Shown here: positions 23,721 to 36,800 of the stretch, piece by piece | How positions within the stretch are numbered: the first letter of the stretch is position 1 | Layout: every line of letters starts with the position of its first letter | NCBI GenBank assembly: GCA_030704615.1 | Contig: CM060731.1 | Coordinates: forward strand, 89,156,001 to 89,220,000 | Reading direction: 5' to 3' | DNA from: Takakia lepidozioides | Taxonomy: Eukaryota > Plantae > Bryophyta | DNA: 64,000 nucleotides | The notes under the pieces: generated by a model | Databases searched by the model: none | What the model was told of the DNA's origin: nothing | What the model saw: only the letters and a program-made list of their open reading frames with translations | Translations under genes and position numbers: made by a program

Positions 23721-24878
23721 TCCATCCCCAAGGTTGCTAGAAAGGCCTCAGCTCAGCACCATCCTTTGGCCATTTTCATACACGTTACCTAATATGTGCA
23801 TGCTAAATCATATAGGTGGCCATCTTCAAAAGATCCAAAACTAGCTCCATTCGACACTTCGGACACACAAATCTGGTCACGTAGTTGTGCTTCACCCCTT
23901 GTTTTTGCACCATTCCTGAATCATGAGAGGTTGCATGACAAACCAAAAGAAATCAACAAATAATAAGCTAACGGTTTTCTCTTTGGGCAATATGGGCAGC
24001 TTAAAAAAATGACAATGATGACATGGCTTACGAAACATGGCAATGACGACATGGCACTATGACACCACTCCTATTATACACTAAAACTAGTCTCCCACAG
24101 TCATCACTAGAACTATTAATAGGTTGTAAAGATAATCTGGAAGATCACCAACACTTACTCTTTCCTACCATAGAGAGTGTCAATGGTAAGAACGTAAGAA
24201 CCAAAACCCTTTTCATAGTCTGTCTTATGAAGGTAGGGCAAATAATTGTAATTTTATCTCCATCGTCATTTTCCAAAATTAAATAATAGTAGAATGGTGG
24301 TTTACTTACATTCCCTAAACATCTAGTTGTACTCATTGATGTGGTTTTTGTTGAACCATTTTGAGTTTTAAGGAAAATACCAGATCCGGACTGCGAATCG
24401 GCTGGTACTAAAGGGTTTTGGCTGCATTATTCACACTGTATATGGTACCCGTAAATTTGAAAATTTGAAATACTCATATTAGCTAGTATCACAAACGTGT
24501 TAAAATATGACACCAGTTCCTCGACTGGTATAAGCAGATTCCAATACCAGAACAACATGGTTGTGACAAGGTCAGCAGTGGCTGAAATTGTAAGCAGATT
24601 TCATATAATTGGTTCTGACATTGAAAGTCTAGTTTAACCAAAGTCATAACTGCTCTTCCTCATTTGCAGATTGCTTCATTTCGGGCACACCCCTCACTCC
24701 ATTATAAAGAGCCAGTTTAATCTAACAAGCTAAGGTCATCACAGTAAGTGGGAGTTAACAAAACCCTCCCTCTAGGCATGAATACTAGTGGGAGTGAAAA
24801 AAATGCCATCTTGGCAGGAACCAGTACCTGCTAGACTTGTTCCTGTCAATCCAAAATACAAAAGGGGATGGAGCAATA

Positions 24879-27800
24879 TCAAACAGCTTTGCCGATGATG
24901 TCTGACAAAGAAAAATCTCGAAATGGGGGTCCTGCACAGAATATAGCCACTTTTCATCAGCACATCCTAACAAGCGTTGATACAAGTGAATCCTTACTCA
25001 GTTCCGAATCAGATAATTTATTCCTAGTTGATGAATTGATTAGCTGCTCACTGATGACAAACATCACATTAGTCCATGTCACGGACTAGGTAAGTTGGCC
25101 TGGGTTAGTGGCTAGGAAAGGCTGGAAATAGAAAGTGAAGCTAAAGAGACTTATGACTAAGGTAAGGTGAACAGTCAGAATGGCAAAGGCCAAGGGTTAG
25201 GCCTTTGGTAGCAAGTAAGAGAATACCAAAGGGTATCCTCAGAGCAAGGCGGGCAATCCTCGAGGAGTATTTAGGAGGACCTAATGTAAGATTCTGGAGG
25301 AGACATAGGCCTGTCCTTGAAGAGCAAGGCTGAGAACATAGCAGGCTATAAGACTTGGAGAATAATTCTTAGCAAATAGCAAGTAGAGGATTGGTTGGGA
25401 GGTTAACTTGCACATACACTGTTGTAGAGATTGATTTACTATAATCAATCGACGGGACTCTGACATTTGGTATCAGCGCGTAAGGTAGAGGGGATGGTAT
25501 GTATTAGTGGAAGTTAGAGCCCATTAGGATGGAGGATCCAGAAAGTACAACGACATTAATCAGACCTCAATTCAATCAGCCCCCACCAGTGTCGTTTCAA
25601 CAAATTCGTGATGAATTTGGGAAGATCTATACTGGGATTCAGCAGATCAATCAGGTTATAGGCCTGGAAAGACAGATGCGGTAGACCAATGCCTCTCTAA
25701 ATTTGAGCAATACTTCCCACTTGTGTGGAATTGAGTCTGATAAAGCCAAGATTTCAAGCACTCTAGTCTATCTATTTGATGCAGCACATCGATGGTGAGG
25801 AAGTTGGAGGCTGATGCCAGACTTCCTGTCACTTGGGCTGAGTTTCGTGATACCGTACTTACCTAGCTTATTAGGCAATAATTAATTCAAAATCAAGTGC
25901 CTAATTAAATTTAGAACATTTTTGGAAAATGTGCCTAAAACTTAGAAACATTTCCTGAGAAGTGCCTAATTGCTCGAATTCTATTTTCGAAACCGTAACT
26001 CTCCCTGTCCTCTAGGAAGCCTATTGCCATTGGGTGGACTTGATACGGGAGTACATTAATGTCTCTGTGACTAAATGCCGGCCTTGTGACCTCGTGTCCT
26101 TGTTTGTTTCGACCTGAAGCGCTTTGCTCCAGGTAAGGTAGTGCATTGGATTTAGTTGGAAAGCTTGGGGCCTTTCCCTCTTTAGAATATGCCTACACAG
26201 GCCATTCCCTGCAACTCCCTGGAGTGTGATCTCTGAATGGTAACAAGCGGACCCCTACCGCTTCGGGGCAGCCCCTCCGCCCAAATTGGGAAGTCGTATG
26301 CTCTGTATAGCATACTCGGCACTTGGGCTCGGGTTAGTTCCTGTGCTTAAACTTATAGCCTGCGAGATCAATAAAATTTTTAGCTCCTATCAACATCAAC
26401 ACTCCCCAGGGTGATTCCTGGGAATTGGTTACTTATGCCAAATCTAGGGCTTCATGTGTAGTTTTTGGGGTGAATCCCAGGATGGACGATGTGTCCTTTA
26501 AAACTACATGCTCTAGCTTAGGCTTGGATTTCATGGCTAATGGTTCCATCTCGAGACTTGATAACAGGGGTACGTTGAAGGTTGCAATGACCAAAAGTGC
26601 TTCTAATAGAGTCCCACATCAATTCAATCTCAAAGAAGTTCGTCCCTTGACTGGCTGGAGAGCGGTCTTAGACATTGGTGATTCAATGGGGCGCTCTCGG
26701 AAGACAACCAAGGGCAAGGACTTCAACTTGAGAGTTTCTAATCGGTTTGATGCTCTGGATGAGGTTGAATCCAAACAGCCAGAAGGACAAGATGCCCCTA
26801 AGTGTATAGAACCTGAACGTCCTGAATCTGAAGGATTTGGTACTCTGAATGGTTTACCAGTCCTCAAGGTTTACACAAGACGAACAAATTCTATACACGG
26901 GGTAATTGTCCCCAAGCCATCAGATGGACAATCTGTCCCTAAGTGTGCAGAGCCTGAACGTCGTGTAACTGAAGGATTTGGTACTCTAAATGGTTTACCA
27001 ATCCTCAAAGTCTACACAAGACGAGCAAAATCTATACACGGGGTAATTGTCCCCAAGCAGTCTGACGGACAATCTGCCCCTATGTGTGCGGAGCCTGTGC
27101 GTCGTGTAACTGAAAGATTTGGTACCCTGAATGGTTTACCAATTCTCAAAGTTTACACAAGACGAGCAAAATCTACACATGGGGTAACTGTCCCCCCTTT
27201 GCAGAACAGTTGGCCGTCCAGGAGCAATCACAAGCTACCTAGACGACAAACAATTCACATGCAAAGGGCTGGCTTGCGGCTGGCCACTTTCAACTTCTCA
27301 GGGCTTACTAACCAAAGGAAACAACTCGAAGTGGGACAAGTCCTTCAGACTAATGATATTCATATCTGTGCTGGGCAAGAAACATGGGAAACGTCAGATA
27401 AACTGGTTGGAGATGTCAATGGTTATAAATGGGCAGGTAGGATGTGTACTCTCAAGGCAGCCTCTGCCAAACGCGGTCAAAAAGGGGTTGGATTCTTTGT
27501 CCGTGATTTCTTGTTTGATAATTGTGAAATTATCAACAAGGGTTTGAGGTACGAGCATAGTATCTGGCTAAAACTGAATCTAAAGGGCGGCATGAGTACG
27601 AAGGACCTCTTTGTGGGTTGTGTTTACATGCCCACAGAGGGGACCCTTAGTGCTGACGCAGACAAAGCCTTCGAAGATGTAAAGCTGGACTGTGCTTCGT
27701 TCCTTGCCAAAGGTCAGGTAGTGCTATTGGGTGACTTCAATGCCCGGGTGGGCAAAGGGCTCCATCAGGACGATATCATTGGGCCTTTTGGTGAGGACGA

Positions 27801-30800
27801 GCTGAATTCTAATGGCAGACGGTTAATTAACTGTCTAGAAGAGCTTCAGCTTTTGACCTTGAATAACAGGACAAGAGGTGACCAAGTGCAGTGGACTTGT
27901 GAGAAATCCCAAACTGGGGAACGTTCCATTGTGGACTATATCATAATGGACAAAAATTTGTTTCCCCAGTGTGCCAATGTGTTGATCGACAGAACTGATA
28001 TTGGTACCTCTGACCACTTCCTGGTTTGGACTGAGATCAAAAGGTGTTTTCCCAACACCAAGAGATCTGTGAAACGTTCGACTATGCCAAATTCCCAGTC
28101 AGAAAGGTAACGTTTCTGCCTCCCGAAGTCGATGGCAATGTCAAGCAATTGAACATTTAAATGGATATAAAGCTGGTGGACCTGATGGTATTGTCAACGA
28201 GCTTATCAAGCACGGTGGCGATCCCATGATAGAGGCCCTAGTTCTCCTCTTTAACCTTATCTGGAAGACTGAAATGATCCCCTTTCGCTGGCGACAGGGG
28301 GTCATTGTCAATCTATACAAGAAGGGTGACAGAAGAACCGGGGAACTACTGTGGCATCACGCTCCTCAATGCTGTTGGCAAGACATTCTGCAGAGTTATA
28401 AGTACTGGTCTCGAGGTTGATCTGGAGTCTAGAGGTTGTTTCCACGAAGGCCAAGCTGGCTTTCGGCGAAACAGGGGCTGTGTGGATCATATCTTCACTC
28501 TAAGCCAGATTATCCAGGGAAGGAAAAAAGAAGGGAAACCCACTTATGTTTTTTTCCTGGATGTCAAAAAGGCTTATGACACAGTGTGGAGAGATGGCCT
28601 ATGGTTCCGCCTCTGGTCTTGTGGGATCAAAGGAAAGATGTGGAGAGTTGTCCACAACTTGTATGCTCACACCAAAAGCTGTGTCACTGTTAACGGACAG
28701 AAGTCCAACTTCTTTGACATAGACCAAGGTGTAGCTCAAGGATGTACTCTCTCCCCTCTGCTCTTCAATGTTTTTATCAATCAACTCCTCGAGGATGTGG
28801 AAAGTGAGGGATTTGAGTTAAGGGTGGGTGATACCACCATACCAGCCCTTATGTTTGCGGATGACTTCGCAGGCATAGGGGAGACTCCAACCAATCTCCA
28901 GGAGTTGATTGATTGCGCGAAGAGATACTCTGATCTTTGGGGGCTAGAGGCTAATGTCAGCAAATGTGCAGTGGTAGCATTCAACGACAGAGGAGAGGGA
29001 GGAAGTAATCTTAAGTGGCAGTGGGGTAGCCAAGAGATCCCGGTCCTCCCTTCCTACACTTACCTGGGCGTTGAGTTTTCCTCCAATTGTAATTGGGATG
29101 CACATATCCGGAAAGTTGTTCAAACTGGCAAGGGCAAAGCTCTGGGGCTCACTAAATTTTTCCACTGCAGAGGGGTCAACTCTGAGGTTAAGAAAACCAT
29201 GCTTTGTCGCGTTATTAGACCTGCCTTGGAGTACGGATCTGCTATATGGGTTGATAACTCCAACCAGGCTAAGTCTCTAGAATCCATTCAAGTGGGGGTG
29301 CTTAAGGAGTGTATGTCAGCATGCTCCAAAACAGCCAATGTGGCTGTTCGGGGTGAGTTTGGCATTCCGTCCTTAAGCTCCCGACGAGATGATTTCAAGG
29401 TCAGATGGTGGGGTCAGCTGCAACATATGCCCAACACCAGATATACTAAGTTAATCGACTCTATATCTTGGAAACAGGACCACCCTGTCAAACAGGCCAA
29501 GTCCTGGCAGAAGAGAGTAGAAGAGATTCTCAAGGACCTGGACCTGGATCCGCAAGTCTTGACCCTGCTGGATAAATCTGACTTAGGGGCTGTAGTGTCC
29601 GAAGCCATGTCTGTTGCCATGAGATTGTCTGATGAAAATGAAGTTAGGCAGAAAACTTCCCTGAACTTGTTTCCAGTCAGTGACATGGGGGAGGACATCT
29701 TGGATGACCTCAAGGGTCTACCCACTCTCGGCACTAGACTGAAATTTAAACTCAGGGCAGGAAGCCTACCTTTGAACAGCAAACAGAAGCAGAGAGGAAA
29801 GGGAGAGTGCAATTGCCCGTTGTGTGGGCAATCTGAAGACAGTATTCATTTTCTGATACACTGTCCAGGGTTCTCTCACCAAAGAGACGCTCTCTTCAAA
29901 TCTATCAAGGGAATTGTGCCTGTACCCCTGTTTACCAACTTTGATGCTTGTGTGACGGGATTTCTAGAGGATATCTGGAAAACCCGGATTAATTGTATAT
30001 ATCAAGGTAAGTCTTACTACCAACGTCAGCCCCTGACAGAGGTAGGTTCTGTCCCTTTTGTTCCCGCTCAAACTGGGCGCAGGATCAATGGCCACAAGGC
30101 TACGGCAAACAACGTCTTATGAGTAAATCTATTTTCGAAACCATTATGTTTTTCTTAAAAGAAAATTACCTCAACAATAGGGTCGACTGTAATACATGCC
30201 TAATGTTTTGGAAATTACTTAGGCGAGGTGCCTAAATAATAAAAACGAATCTGCCTAATAATATTCCATTTTTATTAATTATTAGGCACGGAAGTGCCTA
30301 ATAAGCTAGGTAAGTAGGGTACGTTTTGAGTCTAACTTTGTAAGAGTCACTTCACTAACCAAAAAACTCAATGATCAAATCATGTCCTAGACGTTGTTTT
30401 ATGTACATCTTCCTCTTGTCGTATCCTAATTTGATGGTCTCCACTATTTAAATCAATCTTACTCATAATAGAAGCTCCTTCAAAGCATCCATCAAATAAT
30501 CAATACGAGGCATAGGATAACGGTGTTTAATTGTAATCTTGTTCAATCCTTGATAATCCATACACATCCGGTACAACTAGAAGAACTGGAGCAACAAATG
30601 GTGAATAACTTGGTCGAACACAATCTAACCTCAAGTACTCCAACATATTCCTAACCACTTCTTCCTTGAAATTGGTCCTATAAGGAGGTCTACAAACAGG
30701 AATAAATCCCGGGATATGCTCAATCTTATGCTCAACATTTCTTCTAGGAGGTAATATACTCGGGAGCTCAGAACAGAACACACCTGCAAATTCAGCTTGG

Positions 30801-33800
30801 ATTGCATGTGCCCAACTAGTTGATGCAATCTCAGGTTGTGGAATTATGGTGGTCTGTCCTTGTAACACCTCTTCCAAAACCATAGGTTCAGATCCCTTTT
30901 GATGACATCGCATGGCTGCAATTAATGACGTACCCGGCACATCTCTCTCCTCTACCACCTTGCTCAAATTGATACACACGTGTATCGATGATAGGCTTTA
31001 TTTGAACATGCCATGTTTCACCTAACACCAAATCATACCTAGCCAGCTTGGTAATCTCAGAGCTCAAGTTTTCACGATACGCTTGAATGATAAATTGGAG
31101 ACTAGGGATTTGCTTGTCCCATATCTCAGTTCCTTTCCCATCAGCCATCTCTACTCTGTATTGGTATTGCAAAGGCTCCATGGGAAAATTTAGTTTTTTA
31201 GCCATATGAGAACTAATCACATTATGTGTTGAACCAGTGTCAAACAACACAATAATCTTCTCTCCCTCCACCTCTCCAAGCATTTTGATGAGATAAGCAT
31301 AGTCAAAATGATACCCTTGGCTTGCTTCTGAGATAGGAAACAATTTGCTGCCTCTGCTATTGTCTTCTTCATGGTCACCAAACATGGCCTACACAAACCC
31401 TTAACAACTTGAGGAAGGACTGACTTTATGACACCTCATTGACTTGCATAATAGCTACCCTCTTGCGATTCTATGGGCAATCCTTCCATTGGTGCTGTCC
31501 TAAGCACCCAAAACAAAGACCCTCGAGTTTGGCCTTCTCTTTATGCTCTGGCGTTAGGGCTGATCTCTGAAATGCCCTTTAGGTCACAAGGCTATGGCAA
31601 ACAGTCTTATGAGTACATTCTGAAATGCCCTTTCAGCCATAGAGGATTCTTTCTCTTATATCCAATCCTGGCCTGATTGGTTCCATCATTCATTGCTTCC
31701 CAAAGAATCATCTGGACTAGTTATTCTCACCCTCATTGACTACAGGATGACTTTGACGGTTAACTCTCTATGGCCTCCAAAAAGGGCCCACCCCCGAAAG
31801 GGGGCAGTAGCCGTGAGGCGAAGTGGCTCTTAGTTACGCCGGCTTCGGCCGGAGTCTTCTCTCTATGGCTTCCAGCCATAGGGTCATTGTCAACCTATAC
31901 AACCTATACTATCGAGGCATCACGCTTGTCAATGCAGTTCGCAAGATATTTTGCAGAGTTATAAGGTTGATCTGGAATCTAGAGGTTGTTTCCACGAAGG
32001 CCAAGTTGGCTTTCGGAGAAACAGGGGCTGTGTCGATCATATCTTCACTCTAAGCCAGATTATTCTATGGCTCCGACTCTGGTCATCTGGAGTCAAGGGA
32101 AAGATGCGGAGAGTGGTCCATAACTTGTATGCTCACACCAAAGCTGTGTCACTGTTAATGGACAGAAGTCTAACTTCTTTGACATAGACAAAGGTGAGCT
32201 CAAGGATGTACCCTCTCCCCTCTGCTCTTCAATGTTTCATCAATCAACTGCACGAGGATGTGGAAAGTGAGGGATTGGGTTAAGGTGGGTGATGCCACCA
32301 TACCAGCCCTTATGTTTGCGGATGACTTCGCAGGCATAGGGGAGACTCGTTCCAATCTTCAGGAGTTGCTTGATTGCGCGAAGAGATACTTTGACCTTTG
32401 GGGGCTAGAGGCTAACGTCAGTAAATGTGCAGTGGTGGCATTCAACGACCGAGCGGGGGGAGGAGGTGATCTCAAGTGGCAGTGGGGAAGCCAAGAGATT
32501 CTGGTCCTCCCTTCCTACACATACCTGGGCGTTGAGTTTTCCTCCAACAGTAATTGGGATGCACATATTCAGAAAGTTGTTTCAACTGGCAAGTGCAAAG
32601 CGCTGGGTCTCACTAAATTTTTCCACTGCAGAGGGATCAATTCTGAAGTAAAATAAAGCATGCTTTGCCACGTTATTAGGCCTGCCTTGGAGTACACATC
32701 TGCAGTATGGGTTGATAAGTCCAACCAGGCTAAGTCTCTAGAATCCATTCAAGTGGGGGTTGCTTAAGGAGTGGATGTCAGCATGCTCCAAAACAGTCAA
32801 CGTGGCTGTTCAGGGTGAGTTTAGCATCCCTTCCTTAAGCTCCCAGCGAGATAAATTCAAGGTCAGATGGTGGGGTCAGCTGCAACATACGTCTAATATC
32901 AGATATCCTAAGTTAATCGACTCTATATCTTGGAAGCAGGATCGCCCTGTCAACCAGGCTAAGTCCTGGCGGAAGAGAGTAGAAGAGATTCTCAAGGATC
33001 TGAATCTAAGCCCGCAAGTCTTGACCCTGCTGGATAAATCTGACTTAGAGGCTGTAGTGTCCAAAACCATGTCTGTTGCTAGGAAATTGTCTGATGAAAA
33101 TGAAGTTAGGAAGAAAACTTCCCTGAACTTGTTTCCAGTCTGTGACATGGGAGAGGCCATCAGGGATGACCTCAAGGGTTTACCCACCCTCGGCACTGGA
33201 CTGAAATTTAAACACAGGGTGGGAAGCCTACCTTTGAACAGCAAACAGATGCAGAGGAAAGAGGGATTGCAATTGCCCGTTGTGTGGGCAACCTGAAGAC
33301 AATATTCATTTTCTGATTCTTTGTCCTCTCATGAGAGAGATGCCCTCTTCAAATCCATCAACGTAATTGTGCCTGAACCTCTGTTTACCAACTTATCTCG
33401 AGGCTGAGCCAAAACCCCACGTCCTTTTGGGGCCTAGGTATTGGGCAAACCACACACAGCAGATTAATGCTTGTGTGAAGGGATTCCTAGAGGATATCTG
33501 GAAAACTTGGATTAGTAGTCTGTTCCAAGGTAAGTCATACTACCGGCGTCAGCCCCTGACAAAGGTAGTTTCTGTCCATTTGTGTTCCCCTCAAACTGAG
33601 CGCGGGGTCAATGGCCACAAGGCTACAGCAAACAACGTCTTATGCAGTGTTGGGCGGTTATTTGAATTCTCTCTAATACCCGGCGGTTACCTATCCGGTG
33701 TTATATATATATGACTGGCGGAGGTGAAAAAATGAAGCAACCGGTCCAATTAGGAACCGGCGGAGGTCAGACATTCAAATAACCGAGCAAAGAACCTTCT

Positions 33801-36800
33801 AAAGAACTGCCCAATACCCACGGTTATTTAATGAAAACCGCCAGTTATTTGAGGTTTTTGCAAGTAACCGTAATCGCAGGTTATATGTAGCCATAAAGAA
33901 TTTAATAACCACGACCGTAGGTTAGTAGTTTCCTAAAATTTGAAGCAACCGGAACCGCCGGTTATGAAATAAATCAAATAACCGCCCAACACTGGTCTTA
34001 TGAGTACATTCTATGGCTTCCAGCAACTCACTTCTAGCTTTCTCTACCTCAGGTCTGATATCATCTCTCACACCTAGCACAAAGAAGGTAACCTGAATTC
34101 CATCAGTAACTTCTCGAGGCAATTTCAAAGTAAGTTGATGAAACAATATGTTGATGCCTTTTAAGGGTAAGTTTGTTGTCGATTTTATTCATGACATTCT
34201 TGTCTACAGTAGAACCGTTGAGGAACATGTAGTTTACCTTCATCAGTTTTGGCTACGCTATGGAAAGCTACACTATATGCCAATACAAGTAAATGTGCGT
34301 CATTCAAGCTTGAGGTCGAATATCTTGGACATATAGTGTCAATTATGAAAGATGGATCCCAAGAAAGTAAATGCTCAAATGGCCTAGCCCCTTGATGTGA
34401 CACCTTTGAGGTCATTTCTGGGTTTGGCTGGTTTCTATCAGAAGTAATCCAAAATTACTCAAAGATAACAACCCCAATGACTGTTTTGCTACAAACTAAC
34501 TCGTTATTTGATAGGACTGAGACACAACAGAAAAGTTTGGATCTTCTAAAGTATGCAGTTGCTACGGCACCTATGCCAACGATTGTAGATCCTCAAAAGC
34601 CTTTTGTGGTTGAAACGGATGCAAGTGGCATAGCAATTGGACCCGTCTTAGTCAAGAAGATCGGCCAATAGGAAGCTGAATCAAACTAAACAGCGATATC
34701 CTACACATGAGCAAGAGTTGTATGCTGTCATATATGCTCTGAAGGTAATGAGAAATTATTGGTATGGAGCACAATTTATAGTTTATACGAATTACAAGAC
34801 CCTCCTTGCCTTTCTTTTGTAACCAACCTGATCTCTCGGGAAAACAAGCTAGATGGTTAGAATTGATGCAAGAATTTCATATTGAGATGCGATATAGGAA
34901 GGGTAAAAGTAACGTGGTTGCTGATGCACTATCTCGTATTATGGATCAAATGAGTTTTACAGTGATAGAGTGTATCTTATTGATGAGATAAGAGCAGCTC
35001 AAGACCTGGATGAGTATATCCGAAGTGTGTGGACAAGGGTTAACCAAGATGCTATTGCACAAAGGGAGGGATCAGCTTCTTCTGAGACCACCAAAAAATT
35101 TCACACGTTCATCACATATATTCAAGGGCGCAGCAAAAAGATATGTTTTTTGCTTCGGGGTGCACCTGCGCCCCGGATCATGACAAATGATTCATCTCCC
35201 CGCCGCGGCGGAAGTGCATATCTTTCCGGGACGAATACGAATAAAAGCCTTCTACCCACAGTCATCGGCTCTACCTCAAACATCATTGGGCCTGGAGTGT
35301 TGAAAAGAAATGGAAAGATCTATGTTCCCAAGCTCCAAGAACTTCGAAAGAAAGTTCTTAGAAAATGTCATGATGGTCTGACACATCGTTTCACATGTCA
35401 AGCAGGACATCCTAGGGTTGAGAAAACCTATGAGCTAGTACAAAGGCATTTTTGGTGGCCTAAGCTCAAGACAAGTGTGTATGATTATGTGACACATCAA
35501 TTCACATGTCAAGTTACTAAAGCAGAATGTCAACAATCTCCAGGAATTTTGCATTCCACAGCGTTAGTGAGAAAGCATTTCTATGGATTTTATTACTGAC
35601 TTGCCCAAGACACAATGTGGGAAAGATGCAGTTATAGTAGTTGTGGACAGGTTATCTAAGATGGCGCATTTTATCCCTATCAAGAAGATGGTTGGAGCTC
35701 CTGAGGTGGCACAGTTATTCATTCACAATATTTTTCGGTTACATGGATTGCCCAAGTCCAAGGTGTCGGATAGACATCCTAGATTTATGAGTCTTTTCTG
35801 AACAGCTGTTTTTCATGTATTGGAAACCAAGTTGAGCATTAATAGTGGAGATCATGTACAAAGTGATGGACAGACCGAGCGGGTCAACCAAGTTCTAGAG
35901 GATATGGTACGAGCCTAGGTGGGTGAGAAACAAACTACATGGGAAAGACATTTGCCATTATTGGAGTTTGCCTACAATGACAAGAAACATTCCTCTACAG
36001 GGGTAAGTCCATTTCGAGTTAGTATATGGCTATAGACCAGCCAGCCCAGTTACTCTTGGTGTTTCAAAGAATGAAGTATCTAGTGAAATGGAGTTTGTAA
36101 CTAGCAAGAACGCAACGCTAAATATTCACAAGGGCCAAGACGTACGCGGATTAGAAGCACATGTACACAGAGTTTGTGGAAGGGGGCAGAGTCTTCCTTT
36201 TGATCCATCTTCAGGCACTACCCTTGACAAAGGGAAGAGCAAAAAGAAAAGTTGCAGGAAGTTTATCACGGTATTGTGGACCCTGGCTGATTGTGAAACG
36301 AATTAATGATGTAGCATTATAAGCTGAAGCTTCCAGATTTATGAAAGATACATCCAATGTTTCATGTTAGCAAGCTCAAGAGATACTTGCATGACAGGGA
36401 TAACTTATTTGAAGGCACTATACTTCTACAGGAGGCTGACAGTGACGAGCATGGACCTTGGCGAATCTTGGATAGAAGAGAGCGCAGGTTACGTTGTCAG
36501 CTTATCAAAGAGTGCTTGGTTGCATGACAGAGGCTTCCACTTACCGATGCCACTTGGGAGTCTGAGCAAACGTTAAAGAAGCAGTACCCAGAGTTTCTCA
36601 TTGATCTTGAAGGGGTAGAGAATGTCACGGACTAGGTTCATGGCTAAGCAAGGCTGGAAATAGAAAGTCATATCAGAAGCTAAAGAGACTTATGACCAAG
36701 CAAGGGAAGGTGAACAGTCAGAATGGCCATGGGTTAGGCCTTTGGGTAGCAACTAAGGGAATAACAAAGGGTATTGTCACAGCAAGGGGGATCCTTGGGT

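Larger units (their letters stand above)
25853..30319. mobile_element. Tc1/mariner-type MITE (~320 bp) split by a LINE
   Basis: ~25-bp TIRs CCGTACTTACCTAGCTTATTAGGCA / TGCCTAATAAGCTAGGTAAGTAGGG; TA TSD (25851-2, 30320-1); internal TGCCTAA repeats. Confidence 0.85.
30356..34146 (-). other. Inverted internal segment of the intronic Gypsy (gag C-half, protease, RT N-terminus)
   Basis: gag (33922..34146), protease FDTGSTHN (30888..31385) and the RT start (to ~30360) read on minus, while flanking gag and RT read on plus. Confidence 0.85.

Noticed and set aside
25995-26420. HDV-like ribozyme in the LINE 5' UTR
   Set aside because: Several hairpins are visible but I could not assemble the nested double pseudoknot by eye; a descriptor search would be needed.
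31780-31858. Hammerhead ribozyme or 5S/tRNA-derived SINE
   Set aside because: Lacks the CUGANGA and GAAA core; no A/B/C boxes or 5S similarity beyond the AGTA/GAA motif.
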